Positions 23,881 through 35,850 of a DNA stretch of 64,000 nt are shown here, piece by piece (within the stretch, counting starts at the first letter, position 1; each line of letters begins with the position of its first letter). The notes under the pieces were generated by a model that was given only the letters and a program-made list of their open reading frames with translations, was not told where the DNA came from and did not search any database. The position numbers were made by a program, and so were the translations under genes. The DNA comes from Hypanus sabinus (taxonomy: Eukaryota): positions 50,034,001 through 50,098,000 of the forward strand of contig NC_082710.1 of the NCBI RefSeq assembly GCF_030144855.1. The letters run 5' to 3'.

Positions 23881-25349
23881 CACTTTCCCTAAAGGAAAAG
23901 AAATTGAAGTAATCCATCATGTTACAGTATTTTCCTTAATTGAGTTAAAGTAGCTTCTGTAATTTTATACAATGCTATTTCCAGCTGTGGAAACTGCTTT
24001 GTTCATACTTCCCTATTCAACGTTCCAAAATACACAGCAACGTACTACGTAGACATCAGGTGAGAATAGCACCATGCTCAGATATGAGGTATACTCCGCG
24101 GCATTGCCTTGTGGTTAAATGTCTTGCCGGTATTACTTGTCTCAGCTGCCAAATGCAGAGTGACCAATTAGCAAACGGACCAAAAGGCGACACTGTCTAC
24201 ATTTGCTCCAGACCTTAATGCAGTACTCCTCAGGACTGAAGTCAGCTTACATTTTACATTTTAAAGGTTGGTGTTCTATTTCATGTACCAGCAATTATCT
24301 TGAATAGTGAAAATGCAGATGAGAAACTTGGTCGTGTGCTGTGTATGACTGCCCAGACTCTGATACTGTGCCAACAACAGTTCCCTATCAGGGATAGATG
24401 AAAAATCAAAACTTAAACTGCACAGACAAATAAAGACCAGTACATGCACTGGAAGAAGGGGTCGAATGGCGGTTCCCTTTTCTACAAGTTGCGACAGTTG
24501 AAAATACTTGTATTTTCAAAAATCAATTGTCTATTTCATTCCAACACTTAGAGTCAATTTTTGGATTCAAAATATCATGACTTGGATCTCTTGATGACTC
24601 ATTTAAGTAACAACTGAGTAACTAAGTTAGCTAAGCCAGTAAATTTTCAAATCTGCACTCTGCTGAGTTAGCAGATAAAAAGAGAAAATAAGAGAAAAAT
24701 AGTGCAGGATTCACATAGAGACCAAAATGAGTTTGTTACCAAAGGATATGTGGGAAAGTTGGGAGGAAAGGACTGAAGAGAGCATAGGGAAGATAGGAAC
24801 CAGACTGTATTTCATCCCCAAGTTATGCTAGCTCCTGGCTTTTGTATTAAACTTCAGATGTGATCATCTGGGTATTAGAGAGCTTCTGTTTTACAAAGAA
24901 CCATACACCAGCAAGGACTAATCAACTTTTAATAACAGCTTAGTTTATTTGTTTAGAAAATATGCTCGATTTTCTCATGAAAGAAAAAAAACTGAATGAA
25001 TACAGCATTGAAAATTCAGTCAAGCCATCAGCATCAGTGTGCAGTTCAGGAGTCTGCCAAGTACTAAGTTATTCGACAGATGGAATATCCAGGAACAGCA
25101 CACAAAGTTAGTTAAGAATTCTGTAACTTTTACTACTAACGCTAAAGCTTTTTTAAAGTGACACATCAAGTGTGTAATAGTTCACATATAAGTGGACAGT
25201 CCTTTTTTTGTTGAGAATTGACTCCCATGTTCCAGGGAAGTAGGAAACCTAATGAAATTTCCAACAATTTACCCTCAAAAACTGTCCACCAATATTTGAA
25301 TGTTTTGAGAACTGCCATAACTCCAAAGTTCAGATGTCCAATTAGGAGT

Positions 25350-25866
25350 TCGAGGAAATTCATGTGTCACAAAAGATTGTTACAAATTTCTATACCATGA
25401 TCTCTATAGGTGAACCACTGACAGCATTTTTACTGGTTGCACTACAGCCTGGTATGAAGGTTCAACTGCACAGGATCAGAAGAGGCTGCAAAGGTTTATA
25501 GACACAGCCAGCTCCATTATGGGCATAACCCTCCCCAACATCAAGGTCATCTCCAACTGGCAGGGCCTCATGGTAGCGTGATTCACTTCAGACTCTTACC
25601 ATCTAGGACATGCCCTCTTCTGATTACTACCATTGTGGAGGAGGTGCAAAAGCCTGAAGATCCATAGTCAACAACTCAGAAACAGCTTCTTCTCCTCACT
25701 ATCACTTCTGAACCGTTCATGAACACCGTCTTGTTATTTCTGCTATTTTGCAGTACTCTATTTGTTTTTGTCATGTAAAGTCATCTAATATCCTTGCACT
25801 GTACTGCTGCCACAAAGCAACACATTTCACATCATACAAGTTACTGATAATAAATCTGATTCTCAT
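25350..25866 (+). mobile_element. Rex1/Babar-type LINE 3' end
   Basis: SIFTGCTTAWY and HLGHALF motifs, with the tail ...ATAATAAATCTGATTCT. Confidence 0.8.
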
Positions 25867-26150
25867 TTCTAGTTTCCTGTTATGAGGCAGGATCAGGCTG
25901 GGGTGGGGGGGGGTTGGTGTTGGGGGAAGAATTTGGGAGCTGGTGCTCCGGGACCCAGTTAGGCCTCTGCTGTAAGCAAGATTACTTTGGAAGTGTCATA
26001 CTGTGATGGTTGAGAGAACCATAATCAAAAGACCATAGGAGTGGAGAGAGGGAACTGAGATTGGGTGCCTGTACTGCAATGGCCAGAAAAAGCAAAGAGT
26101 GGGTTGTACTGAAGGTGTGGTAGGTGTTCGCGATGTTAGATGGTTATTGG

Positions 26151-26918
26151 TGTTATGCCTGCAGCCCCCTCCTTTGTGAGATCACTGTTGGGTTGGGTCA
26201 GGGGGCCCAGGAGAATGAGAGGGAGACATGCGGAATGTCTCGTTCCCCCAGCGATGTAAAGCTACGGGACATGGCCATTGTCTCTGGAAGGCAAATTTTG
26301 TGGATTGGAGACTGTACTACGTGGACGCCCTCAGGCAAAGTGGGCTGGTTGAGGGAGAGATTGCATCACCCCCAACCTGATTGACATCTACGACCCTGCG
26401 AGTCAGAATAAAAGAGGGTCTGTGGGAACAGCCTCTCAGATGCACCAGAAGAAACGCTAGCACTCCCATGATAACGGGAAGCCATTTTTGAAGGAGGCCA
26501 CGTGTGTTCAGTTCCGTTGCCTGGGACAGGTGGCTTGTAACACGGAAAACGGCTTTTAGCTAACTACGGGGAAACCAACTCCCCAACTCAACGGATTGGC
26601 ATCATAAAAGATTGGGCAAGTTTAAACCGTCTCTCTCTAAAACCCAAAACGCTGCAGCTTGAACAAACTAACAGTGACTTTTATATTTCCATCGGACAAT
26701 ACATTATCCCCTAGACAACGATAGAGCTATTTCTTATTGGTTATTATTATACCCGTGCTTTTAGATTGAGTATTGACGACGTATATTATCCGTATGTTTG
26801 CATTAATCTTATTTTTGTGCCCCTTTATCAATAAATACTTTTAAAAATAGCACCATCAGACTTCAACGGACCTCTCTATCTTTGCTGGTAAGTGACCCAG
26901 TTACGGGGTTTCGTAACA
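26151..26918 (+). mobile_element. Solo LTR (768 bp) with 4-bp TSD TTGG
   Basis: TGTTATG...CGTAACA termini, TTGG at 26147-26150 and 26919-26922, internal AATAAA, and higher CpG density than the flanks. Confidence 0.85.
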
Positions 26919-27859
26919 TTGGTAATCTCAAACTCTGGAGTTCGGAGATCAGCATTTGGCCCTTGGATTCAAATGCAAAACAAAAGAGAATGAAGTGTTA
27001 AGACAACGACTGGTACTGTGTTGGGGACTGAGAGGTGAAGTGAAGTACCATACCTAACTTTGCAAAGTGTCAGATGTCCTGAGAGTGACCAATGCTGGTT
27101 ACTTTCAAGATGACAGGCTCCAGTGTCCAAAATGAGAATAATGACACCTTATACTGAAAAGAGCTGGTGTGCAAGAGTATGTTGTGTTCGCAAGTGCGCA
27201 AACATATTTCCTGAATTATGCAAAATTCCTCACAGTATCACATCTCAGATAAGAAAATAGGAAGTACAATTATATTAATTTGTAAAAGTTTGAAAGCAAA
27301 ACAGTTATATAATTACATTTCTAAACAACAATATGTGATGCAAGTGTATTTCAGCAATGTTTTATCTCACAGTGGGAGTTTCATGCCAGTCACTGATATA
27401 TTTATTCCCTCAACTTTTGGCCCAGAGCAGAAGAAATGCCAGTTTCATAGAAATGGGGAGAAATGAATTGCACTCAATGAACTTGTTCACAAAAAAAGGT
27501 GTTCAGTATAAATCTCAAGAAGGAATTTTTTTTCTGGTGCCAGCAAGCAAATCAAAAGAGCCTAATATATGTAAACCCATTCCAAAGTAGAGCAAGAGTT
27601 CTGCCAGGATATCTCTGGCTTTCACTATGCCAAGGAGAAAAAGAATAAGATATCTGAAAGAGGCTAATGCTTGCATTGATGTCCTTTGGACACTTACCAG
27701 GTAGAAGAGAGCTTTGGGAATTTGATTATGGCCACTTTTGAAACTTGGCATCACGTTTATTTGCACAGCCTGTGACAAGTTGCAACTGTCCATTTCAACA
27801 AGTTTCTAATGGGACAGACTCTTTCCCCATCTGGGGTACTCAAAAGTATTGTTTCACTC

Positions 27860-29170
27860 ACTCCTAATTTAATAAAAAAAAGATCACCATTGTTTCCAAA
27901 TCCTTTCATCATCTTGTGCCCCTCTTTGCATAAAACCTTCAGCCTGATGAGATTCTCAAGATATCAGTACTCCTCCAATCATGGGCCTCTTGAACATTAC
28001 AGGTAGTCCTCGAGTTACGAACATCCGAATTGTGAATAACTCGTACTTATGAACCAAGGAAGGAGAACACCATCCGCCATTTTAAGTCGGATCGCAACGC
28101 TGTCCGCCATTTTAAATTGCTGCCGTTGACACTGTGTTGAGTGTGTAACTTTGTATTCAGTTTAAATTTTTCTTAGCAAGATTCACCCCCCCCTTTACCG
28201 GTCGGCTGGTGGCTCAGTGAGATCAGTGCTGGGCTTGAGAATGGAGGCTCCTGTTTTTGATCCAGTGACAGACTGCTCCTGAACACACTCTCCATCCATG
28301 TCGGGTTGATGTCGAGCTCACAACTCGACCTCATAAAAAAAAAACACTGCCACCTCCAGTTTAAATTCCCACGCAGAATATGGTAGATGATCAAATACCC
28401 AAACCCAGCACAGCCCCCACTTGTCCCATTTAGCCTGTCTCAGTGCGGTGGACTTTAGGACCTGGGGAATTCAATGCGATGGTCCTTGGGACCCGCCGCC
28501 CGCAGTGCTTCTGTTCCATTGACGGGAAACGATCACGATTGAAAATAAACTGGAAATAATAAAGTTTTTAGAAAGAGGTGAAACGTCATTGGTCATTGGA
28601 AAAGCGTTAGGCTACAGTCGGTCAATGATTGGAACAATTTTAAAGGATAAAGGATAAAATGAGAATAATGGAGCATGTGAAAGGCCCTGCCCCAATGAAA
28701 GCTCCAATTCATACTAAGCAACGCAGTGGTTTAATTATTGGAATACATACTTTTCTTAAGTGTTTTATATGCATAGACAGGTAGAATATATACTATATAC
28801 TAAGATAAACATTTGACTAACTGATGCTAAATAATACCAGATGTACTTGTTCTTACTTAAGTATAAATCCAAATTAAAGACGGACTCAGGAACAGAACTC
28901 GTTCATAACCCAGGGACTGCTTGTACGTGATTTAGTCACACAAGCTTTGTAAATGGAAACAGCTAAGACTATGCTTTTAAAGTCTTGAACATTGGAATTT
29001 GCTTCCTTGCCTTTTTTTGGGCTCTATGTTTCCTTTTTCTCCTTTAAGATACTCCTTAACGTCTCTCTCATTAATCCAACTGTATGAACACTTGCTCCAA
29101 TATATCTGCATGTTTTTGCACTATTGGGTTAGTTTTGCTATGTTATAGGGGCTGTACAAATAAAAAATTA
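27860..29170 (+). mobile_element. L2 LINE 3' end relic, interrupted by a pogo MITE
   Basis: CTCCTCCAATCATGGGCCTCTTG before and TCCTTTAAGATACTCCTTAA after the insertion resemble the L2 3' consensus as recalled. Confidence 0.5.
28000..28923 (+). mobile_element. Non-autonomous pogo/Tigger element with TA TSD and CENP-B-type HTH remnant
   Basis: TIRs CAGGTAGTCCTCGAGTTACGAAC and GTTCATAACCCAGGGACTGCTTG, with TA on both sides. About 28524-28650 encodes RETITIENKLEIIKFLERGETSLVIGKALGYSRSMIGTILKDK. Confidence 0.9.
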
Positions 29171-29589
29171 GCTGTTGCAGCTGATTGCCACTTTTAAAGG
29201 CAATCAGCATGACAACAATCAGCAGTTTAATGTTCCCAAGGGTGCCATTTCCAGCCAATGATGCTCCTCCATCTCCAACTCCAGTCAAGAAAAAAATTCC
29301 TAGGCATCAAAACGTGATGAGGATGTGGCACCAAAAGCCCTCCCTCCATTTCCCAGCCATAGTAGCTTCGCCTTCCAAGAATGATTCACTATTGTGCACA
29401 AAGAAAATTTAGGGCTGGTATTTTCTGCTCGCCAGTTATTGTTTCCATTTTAATGCATGAAGGCAGCATCAAATGGAATCAATCCTATGATGCAAATTAT
29501 TTATATTTGTGCACACAGGTGATCTGCCAACACCTACACTGAACGTTTAATGATGCACTAGTACATTTGAAATGGTATTTTTTTCCCAC

Positions 29590-30990
29590 ATGCAGGAACA
29601 AACCCAAATTACACTGAAAGAACATGCAGCTCTCTGCTCACTCTGCATCAATCCCAGCTTAACCATCAAACCCACAGAAAAGAATAGTGTTTTATAATCT
29701 TGTATACTGACCTCTACCTTACAGAAACCACTTCTTGGCCATCTGCTCAGATCTACCCTTAATGCCACCAATGAACACCAATCCATTATCTCCCATATCA
29801 TCACAGATCTTATCTTTTCAGGAGATACCCAGTCCACAGCTTCCAGCCCTGTACTACTTATAACTCTTACCCGATTTGTAAACAGCACTGCCCTAGTAGG
29901 TCAACTTTGCCTACTCTTGCCCCAATGAGCTTATAACTACCTCAGTTTTATCTTGTCCCCCTCCCTTGTCCAGTCTGTTCCCAGCTACAGCTGGGTCTCC
30001 CAGCATGCTCTCACCATTTAACAATTTCCAACTCCTTTGCCAGCACACCTCACTGCCTCATCTTCACCATGGATACCCAGACTCTTAACACTTCCATTCC
30101 CCCATCATGATGGCCTCAGGGCTCTTGTCTTCTTTCTGGAACAAAGTTCCAAAGAGATCTACAATCCCTCCTGTGCCTATTGGAAGTTGTGCTAATAATC
30201 AACTTCTTGTTTGATTCCTCCCACTGTTACAAGTCAAAGGTGTAGTGATGAGCACTCAAATAGGCTCCAGCTATGCCCACCTTTTTGTTAGCTACATGGA
30301 ACAGTCTTCATTCTAAATCTCTTCTGGAATAAATTTCCAACATTTTTTATCTGCAGAACATGACAATTTCATCAGGTTCACTACTAACTGTTACATGCCC
30401 TCAAATTCACTTGGATAATTTCTGCCACCACTTTTCCTTCCCCTGATTTCTGTCTCCATCTAAGGAGACAAACTATTCACTGATATTTACTACAAACCCA
30501 CCTACTCTCATAGGCTACAGCTCCTCCAGCCTTGTCGCTTGAAAGAATGCCGTTCTTTCCTCTCAGTTTCTCCACCTTCAGGAAATGAGACTTCTTCCCC
30601 TCAGTAGTTGACGGAGGATTTCCTCTATTTCCTGCACCTCTGCTCTAACACCACCTCTTCCCAGACAGAACAGACAGAGCTCCTTTTGGTCCTTACCTTA
30701 AACCCCTATAGCCTAAGCATCCAGCATATCATTCTTCAACATTTCTACTAGGTTCCAAGTGATTCCACTACTAGCCATATTTTTCCCTTCCCACCCATTA
30801 CTCTCGCCATGGCTCCCTGATTCATTCATCCCTCCTCGGCTTCCAGGAGCGGCCAAATGCAAACTAGGGTAACAATACCTCAAATTTCACCTGGATAGTC
30901 TACAATCCAAAAGGCATCAATATTGAATTATCTAATTTCAGACAAATTGCTCCCCCTCTGTCCCACTTCTCTTTCCTCCTGATCTGCCCA
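29590..30990 (+). mobile_element. Penelope-like element RT/GIY-YIG remnant
   Basis: Degenerate LTIKPTEK (IKPADKG), QVKGVVMSTQIGSSYAHLFVSYMEQ, LKFTWIIS, DIYYKPT and FHLDSLQ...INIELSNFR. Confidence 0.85.
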
Positions 30991-31492
30991 GTTCTCCCCA
31001 ACAATGGTCAAGGGTAGTTACAAATGATTCTCAACTAGAGTACCCAGATTTAAACATCAGCCTTCACTGAAAGATACAGGATGTATGAGCCTCCTTATTG
31101 CTTAAATTTACCCTCACAAATTTTGAGAAGGGTTCGTATTGTAAAAACCTGCCTGCTAGATTTGGGTCTCAAAATATTTTAAAGGTATTTAACTTTCTAC
31201 ATTTAATGCACAACTTTGTCTATCAGATATCAAGGCTCCATTAGCAAATACACTTTTAATAGGTGGTGGCTACTAAAATAATTTGCATGTGTGTTTGATT
31301 GCCAATCCCAGCTGCTGGTTTGCACTATACTTCATCTGGCACGGTATCAGTTACACTAAATACAACTTACTGGACCTTAATGATCTTTCAAAATACAAAG
31401 CCGCAACTTTTATAGTGAATCTAAACATCTCTCTGGAATACTCATAAAACAATTTGATGCTGAAGTTCAAACACAGTAAAGACAAGCAAGTG

Positions 31493-33200
31493 AAGTTCAA
31501 AGTAAAATTAGAGTACAGTGCATACTGTATTTGTCACCACATATTATCCCGAGATTCTTTTTCCTGCGGGCATACTCAGCAAATCTACAAAATAGTAACT
31601 ATAACAGGATCAAAGAATGAACAAGTAAGACATTGGAGACAATGAACAGTGCAAATGCTAATACAAATAAATAACACTAAATAAGAAGAGCATGAAGTAA
31701 CAAGATGCGTCCTTAAAGTGAGATCATTGGTTACGGAAACACCTCAATAGATGAGTGTAGTTATCCCGTTTTGTTCAAAGCCTGATGGTTGAGGGGCAGT
31801 AACTGTTCTTGAACCTGGTAGTATGGGTCCTGAGGCACTTGTACCTTCTAACCTATAGCAGCAGTAGGAAGAGAGCATGGCCTGGGTGGTGAGGATCTTT
31901 GATGATAGATGTCTCCTTCCTATGTGCGTCTCACATAAACGTGCTCAATGGTTGGGAGAGCTTTATCCATGATGTACTGGGCCAAATCCACCATCTTTTG
32001 TAAGATTTTCCGTTGAAAGACATTGGAGCTCCCATACTCGGCCATAATGCAGCCTGTCAGTACACTTTCCACTACACATCTACAGAAGCTTGTCAACATC
32101 TTTAGATGTCATGCTGAATCTCCGCCAACTTCTGAGGAAGCAGAGGTGCTGTTGTGTTTTATTTGCAATTACAGTATTATAATGGGTCCAGGACAGGTCC
32201 TCTGAGATAGTGACACCCAGGAATTTAAATTTACTGACCTGTTCCACTTCTGATCCTCTGATGTGGACTGGCTCATGGACATCTGGTTTCCCTCTCCTGA
32301 AGTCTACAATCAGTTCCTTACTCTTACTGACATTGAGTGACAGGTTGTTGTTGTGGCACAATTCAGCCAAATTTTCAATCCAATCTCCCTCCTGAATGCT
32401 GATTCATCACCACCTTTGATTTGGCCAACAACAGTGGTGCCACCAGCAAACTTGTATATGGTGTTGGAGCTGTACTTAGCCACATAGTTATAGGTGTAAA
32501 GTGAGTAGAGCAGAGGCTAAGCTCACAGCCCAGTGATGCACCTGTGCTGATGGAGATCGTTGAGATGTTTTTGCCAATCTGAACCAACTAAGGCCTGCAA
32601 GTTAGGAATTCCATGATCCAACTGCACAAGAGGGTATTGAGGAGCAGGTTTACTGATTAGTTTTGAGGGGATTATGGTATCAAATGCTGAGCTGGAGTTA
32701 ACAAGAAGCATCCCGATGTATGCATCTTTGCTTTCCTGATGTCCCAGGGTTCTGTGAAGAGCCACTGAGTTGGCATCTGTTGTGGACCTATTGCTGAAGT
32801 AGGCAAATTGAAGTGGATCTAAGTCACCACTCAGATTTCAGTGAATACCTTTCATCACTAGCCTCTCAAAACACTTCACCTCTGTGGATGTAAGTGTAAC
32901 TGGGCACTAATCATTGAGGCAGATTACCACGTTTTTCTTGGATGCTGGCTTGACTGAAAGCTGCTCGAAACAGGTGGGTACTACACCAAGCCAAAGTGAG
33001 AGGTTGAAGATATTTGTGAACACACCAGCCAGTTGGTCAGTGTAGGCCTTCAGTACTCAGCCAGGTACTCCATCTGGACTGAATGCTTTCCTTAGATTCA
33101 CCCTCGAAGGCAGCTCGCATGTCATCTTCAGATACCGAGACCAAAGGATCATCAGGAGATGTTGGGGTGCATGATGGTTCCTCCATGTTCTGACTGCCAA
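31493..33200 (-). mobile_element. Rex1/Babar-type LINE fragment
   Basis: ORFs 32080-32370 (LSLNVSKSKELIVDFRR, FKFLGVTISEDLSW), 32523-32765 (SSAFDTIIP) and RVNLRKAFSPDGVPG. Confidence 0.9.
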
Positions 33201-33939
33201 AGCATTATTTTGTAACTCTGCACTCCAATAATTCCTTACATAATATGGAAGTTTGTTCATTATCTCTTCTTTGAACTCATGAATGACCAAACAGAAAATC
33301 AGCATTGATAGTAGTTGAAGAAAAAAAGTACGTATAAAATAACTAAACAAGGTCAGGTTTCAACTAAAAACTACACAATTCCAGAAAGTCCAAAGATCTG
33401 GCCTGTACACTTTACTCCATAAGTGTATCAGAAATCACAGCCCATAGCTTGCAACACTTTCTAAACATGTTAAGTTGTAAAAGAAACAATTAACAATTAC
33501 ACAGGTAACTTTCATAGCCCATAGGAGTCGATTAGATACACCTCAAAATGTCTTATCAAACACTTCATTTTCATAAATAGATACACATATAAAACACTGT
33601 TCATGCCTGCTCTCTTTTATACAGTCATTAAAAACTATACAGTGGAATTCAACTCATCTGCACAGCAGCATGAGTAAGTGCTGCAATAGTATGCAAACTG
33701 AAGTATTTTATTTATAAACCTGATGAACTTCCATAGCGATTATTTGGAAATCTGTCACTGTTCCCACATTTTTACTTTGTCTATGGGCTGGAATTTGCCA
33801 CCCAAACACATTGCAGGCGTGCCATCCACCAAAAGACAGCAGAGATTCCGGACTGCTCACCGGCACCTTCTTAAGGGCAATAAACAGATATCCAAAAAAT
33901 GAACAAACAAGTAAAAGTTCATGGACATACTTTTAGACA

Positions 33940-34090
33940 GGGAGTCACTGTTGTGGCGTAGCTCATGCAGCTGCCAAATTGCACACAGTGAAGTCCCACA
34001 GCATGATCAAAATGTATAGATGGCTTTTCAGTAAAATTGACTGAAGAGTAAACACCAACATTAAATGGCCCAGGAGAGCTCTCCTTGTGT
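33940..34090 (-). mobile_element. DeuSINE 3' relic
   Basis: GTCACTGTTG...GCAGCTGCCAAATTGCACACAG...CCCACA is the reverse complement of the DeuSINE 3' domain as recalled. Confidence 0.5.
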
Positions 34091-34680
34091 TGGTATCAAT
34101 ATTTATCGCTCAATTATATCGTATCTCTTTTTGCTATTTATGAATCTTGTGAGCATATTTGAAATATTTCATAATATTTTCAAATATAATTCATCATTAA
34201 TTTCAAATTAATATTCTGTTTTCATTTTTTATCAAATTGAATTCTCAAGACGGCACACAATTAGGGATGTGGGAGCAGATCATTTACACGACACTGGTTA
34301 TACCACATTCAGAGTGTTGTGTGCAGTTCTGCTCTTCCCTCCATTGGCTGGATGTGACTGCATTGCAAAGATTGCAAAGGGGATTTGCCAAGACATTGCC
34401 TCAATTGGAGGTTGTTGTGGGGACAGATCAAATGGCCTGGGCTTATTTTCCCTCAGGTTAAGGAGGCAGAGGGGTAACCTGATAAAGATATACAAAATTA
34501 TAAAGGCATAGATGGGGTAGGCAGTCAGAAACCTTTTTTCTTAGTGGGGGTACCAAAAACAAGAGGGATGACTTTAAGAGGAAGGAAATTTACAGCGGAT
34601 TTGAGGGGAAGTTATATGGCACAGAGAGTGGCTGATACCTGAAACTTACTGCTAGTGGTGATAGTGGCATCAGACATAAT

Positions 34681-35258
34681 TGGATGTTACTAGGACGTTA
34701 CCTGGGTTTTTTACTAGGACGTTACCTGGGTTTTTTACTAGGACGTTACCTGGGTTTTTTACTAGGACGTTACCTGGGTTTTTTACTAGGACATTACCTG
34801 GGTTTCAGCACTTAAATTACAGAGAAAGGTTGAACAAGTTAGGTCTCTATTCCTTGGAGTGTAGAAGGTTGAGGGGGGATTTGATTGAGGTATTTAAAAT
34901 TTTGAGAGGGATAGATAGAGTTGACGTGAATAGGCTGTTTCCACTGAGAGTAGGGGAGATTCAAACAAGAGGACATGATTTGAGAGTTAGGGGGCAGAAG
35001 TTTAAGGGAAACACAAGGGGGTATTTCTTTACTCAAAGAGTGATAGCAGTGTGGAATGAGCTTCCTGTAGAAGTAGTAGAGGCCAGTTCAGTTCTGTCAT
35101 TTAAGGTACAATTGGATAGGTATATGGACAGGAAAGGAGTGGAGGATTATGGGCTGAGTGCGGGTAGGTGGGACTAGGTGAGATTAAGAGTTCGGCACGG
35201 ACTAGGAGGGTCGAGATGGCCTGTTTCCGTGCTGTGATTGTTATATGGTTATATAGTT
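34681..35258 (+). mobile_element. Young 5'-truncated CR1 LINE with probable 5-bp TSD ATAAT
   Basis: ORF 34680-35177 is an uninterrupted ORF2 C-terminus (YRERLNKLGLYSLECRRLRGDLIEVFKI). It has a (TTATATGG)n tail and ATAAT at 34676-34680 and 35259-35263. Confidence 0.92.
34687..34805 (+). repeat. 5 x 24-bp tandem repeat TTACTAGGACGTTACCTGGGTTTT
   Basis: Seen directly: four identical units plus a fifth with one substitution that runs into the CR1 body. Confidence 0.97.
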
Positions 35259-35499
35259 ATAATCAAACCACTTGAGACATACTAGACAGGCACTTAAACA
35301 GGCAAGGCAATGAAGGATACAGACCTAATGTGGGAATATGAGATGTGCATAGATAAGGAAAGAGATCAGCAGAAAAGTGGATGACTCAAGACTGAGGCCT
35401 GCACTCTATAGAGTTGTACAATGAGAACTACTCTCATTGTAGATAAGAAATCATTTCTTATGTATTTTGTCCATGAACACTAAACTCTGAGATAGTTCT

Positions 35500-35850
35500 T
35501 CTTTCTATTGGCAGTACTGATACTCCACATGGCATGATAAACAGGATCTACGTCGTTGAAAGCCGCTCTCCCTTGGGAGGCAGGGATTGGCTGGTGTAGC
35601 GAGCATTGCAGCCCCTCCCATTAGCTTCCATTTAGCTGATGACATCACGGTGCTTGTAGGGTTTAATCTTGTGCGCGGTAACCATGCGGTCTCTTTTACT
35701 CTTGGGTCCGCGCAGACCAGAGAGACAAAGGCTCTGTGGAAATGGTAGACAGTGGGGGTGTGCGGCAGTGGGGCACACTTTAGGCATATATTTGCCACTG
35801 TGTATGATTAGTGTCCTGCCACTTTGGTCACTCAGTTTGGATAAAATTCT
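35500..35850. promoter_or_regulatory. Promoter/enhancer-like CpG-enriched patch
   Basis: About 11 CpGs in about 220 bp, inverted CCAAT at 35506 and 35586, CRE/ATF-like TGACATCA at 35640-35647, and no recognisable repeat. Confidence 0.35.

Larger units (their letters stand above)
34255..35420 (+). mobile_element. Older CR1 LINE, interrupted at 34681-35258 by a younger CR1
   Basis: YTTLVIPHSECCVQF and RRQRGNLIKIYKIIK. The sequence resumes at 35264 with ACTAGACAGGCAC. Confidence 0.8.

Noticed and set aside
34687-34805. 24-bp repeats as a CRISPR array or repeat-protein gene
   Set aside because: The units are contiguous with no spacers, derive from the CR1 ORF2 itself, and the context is eukaryotic.
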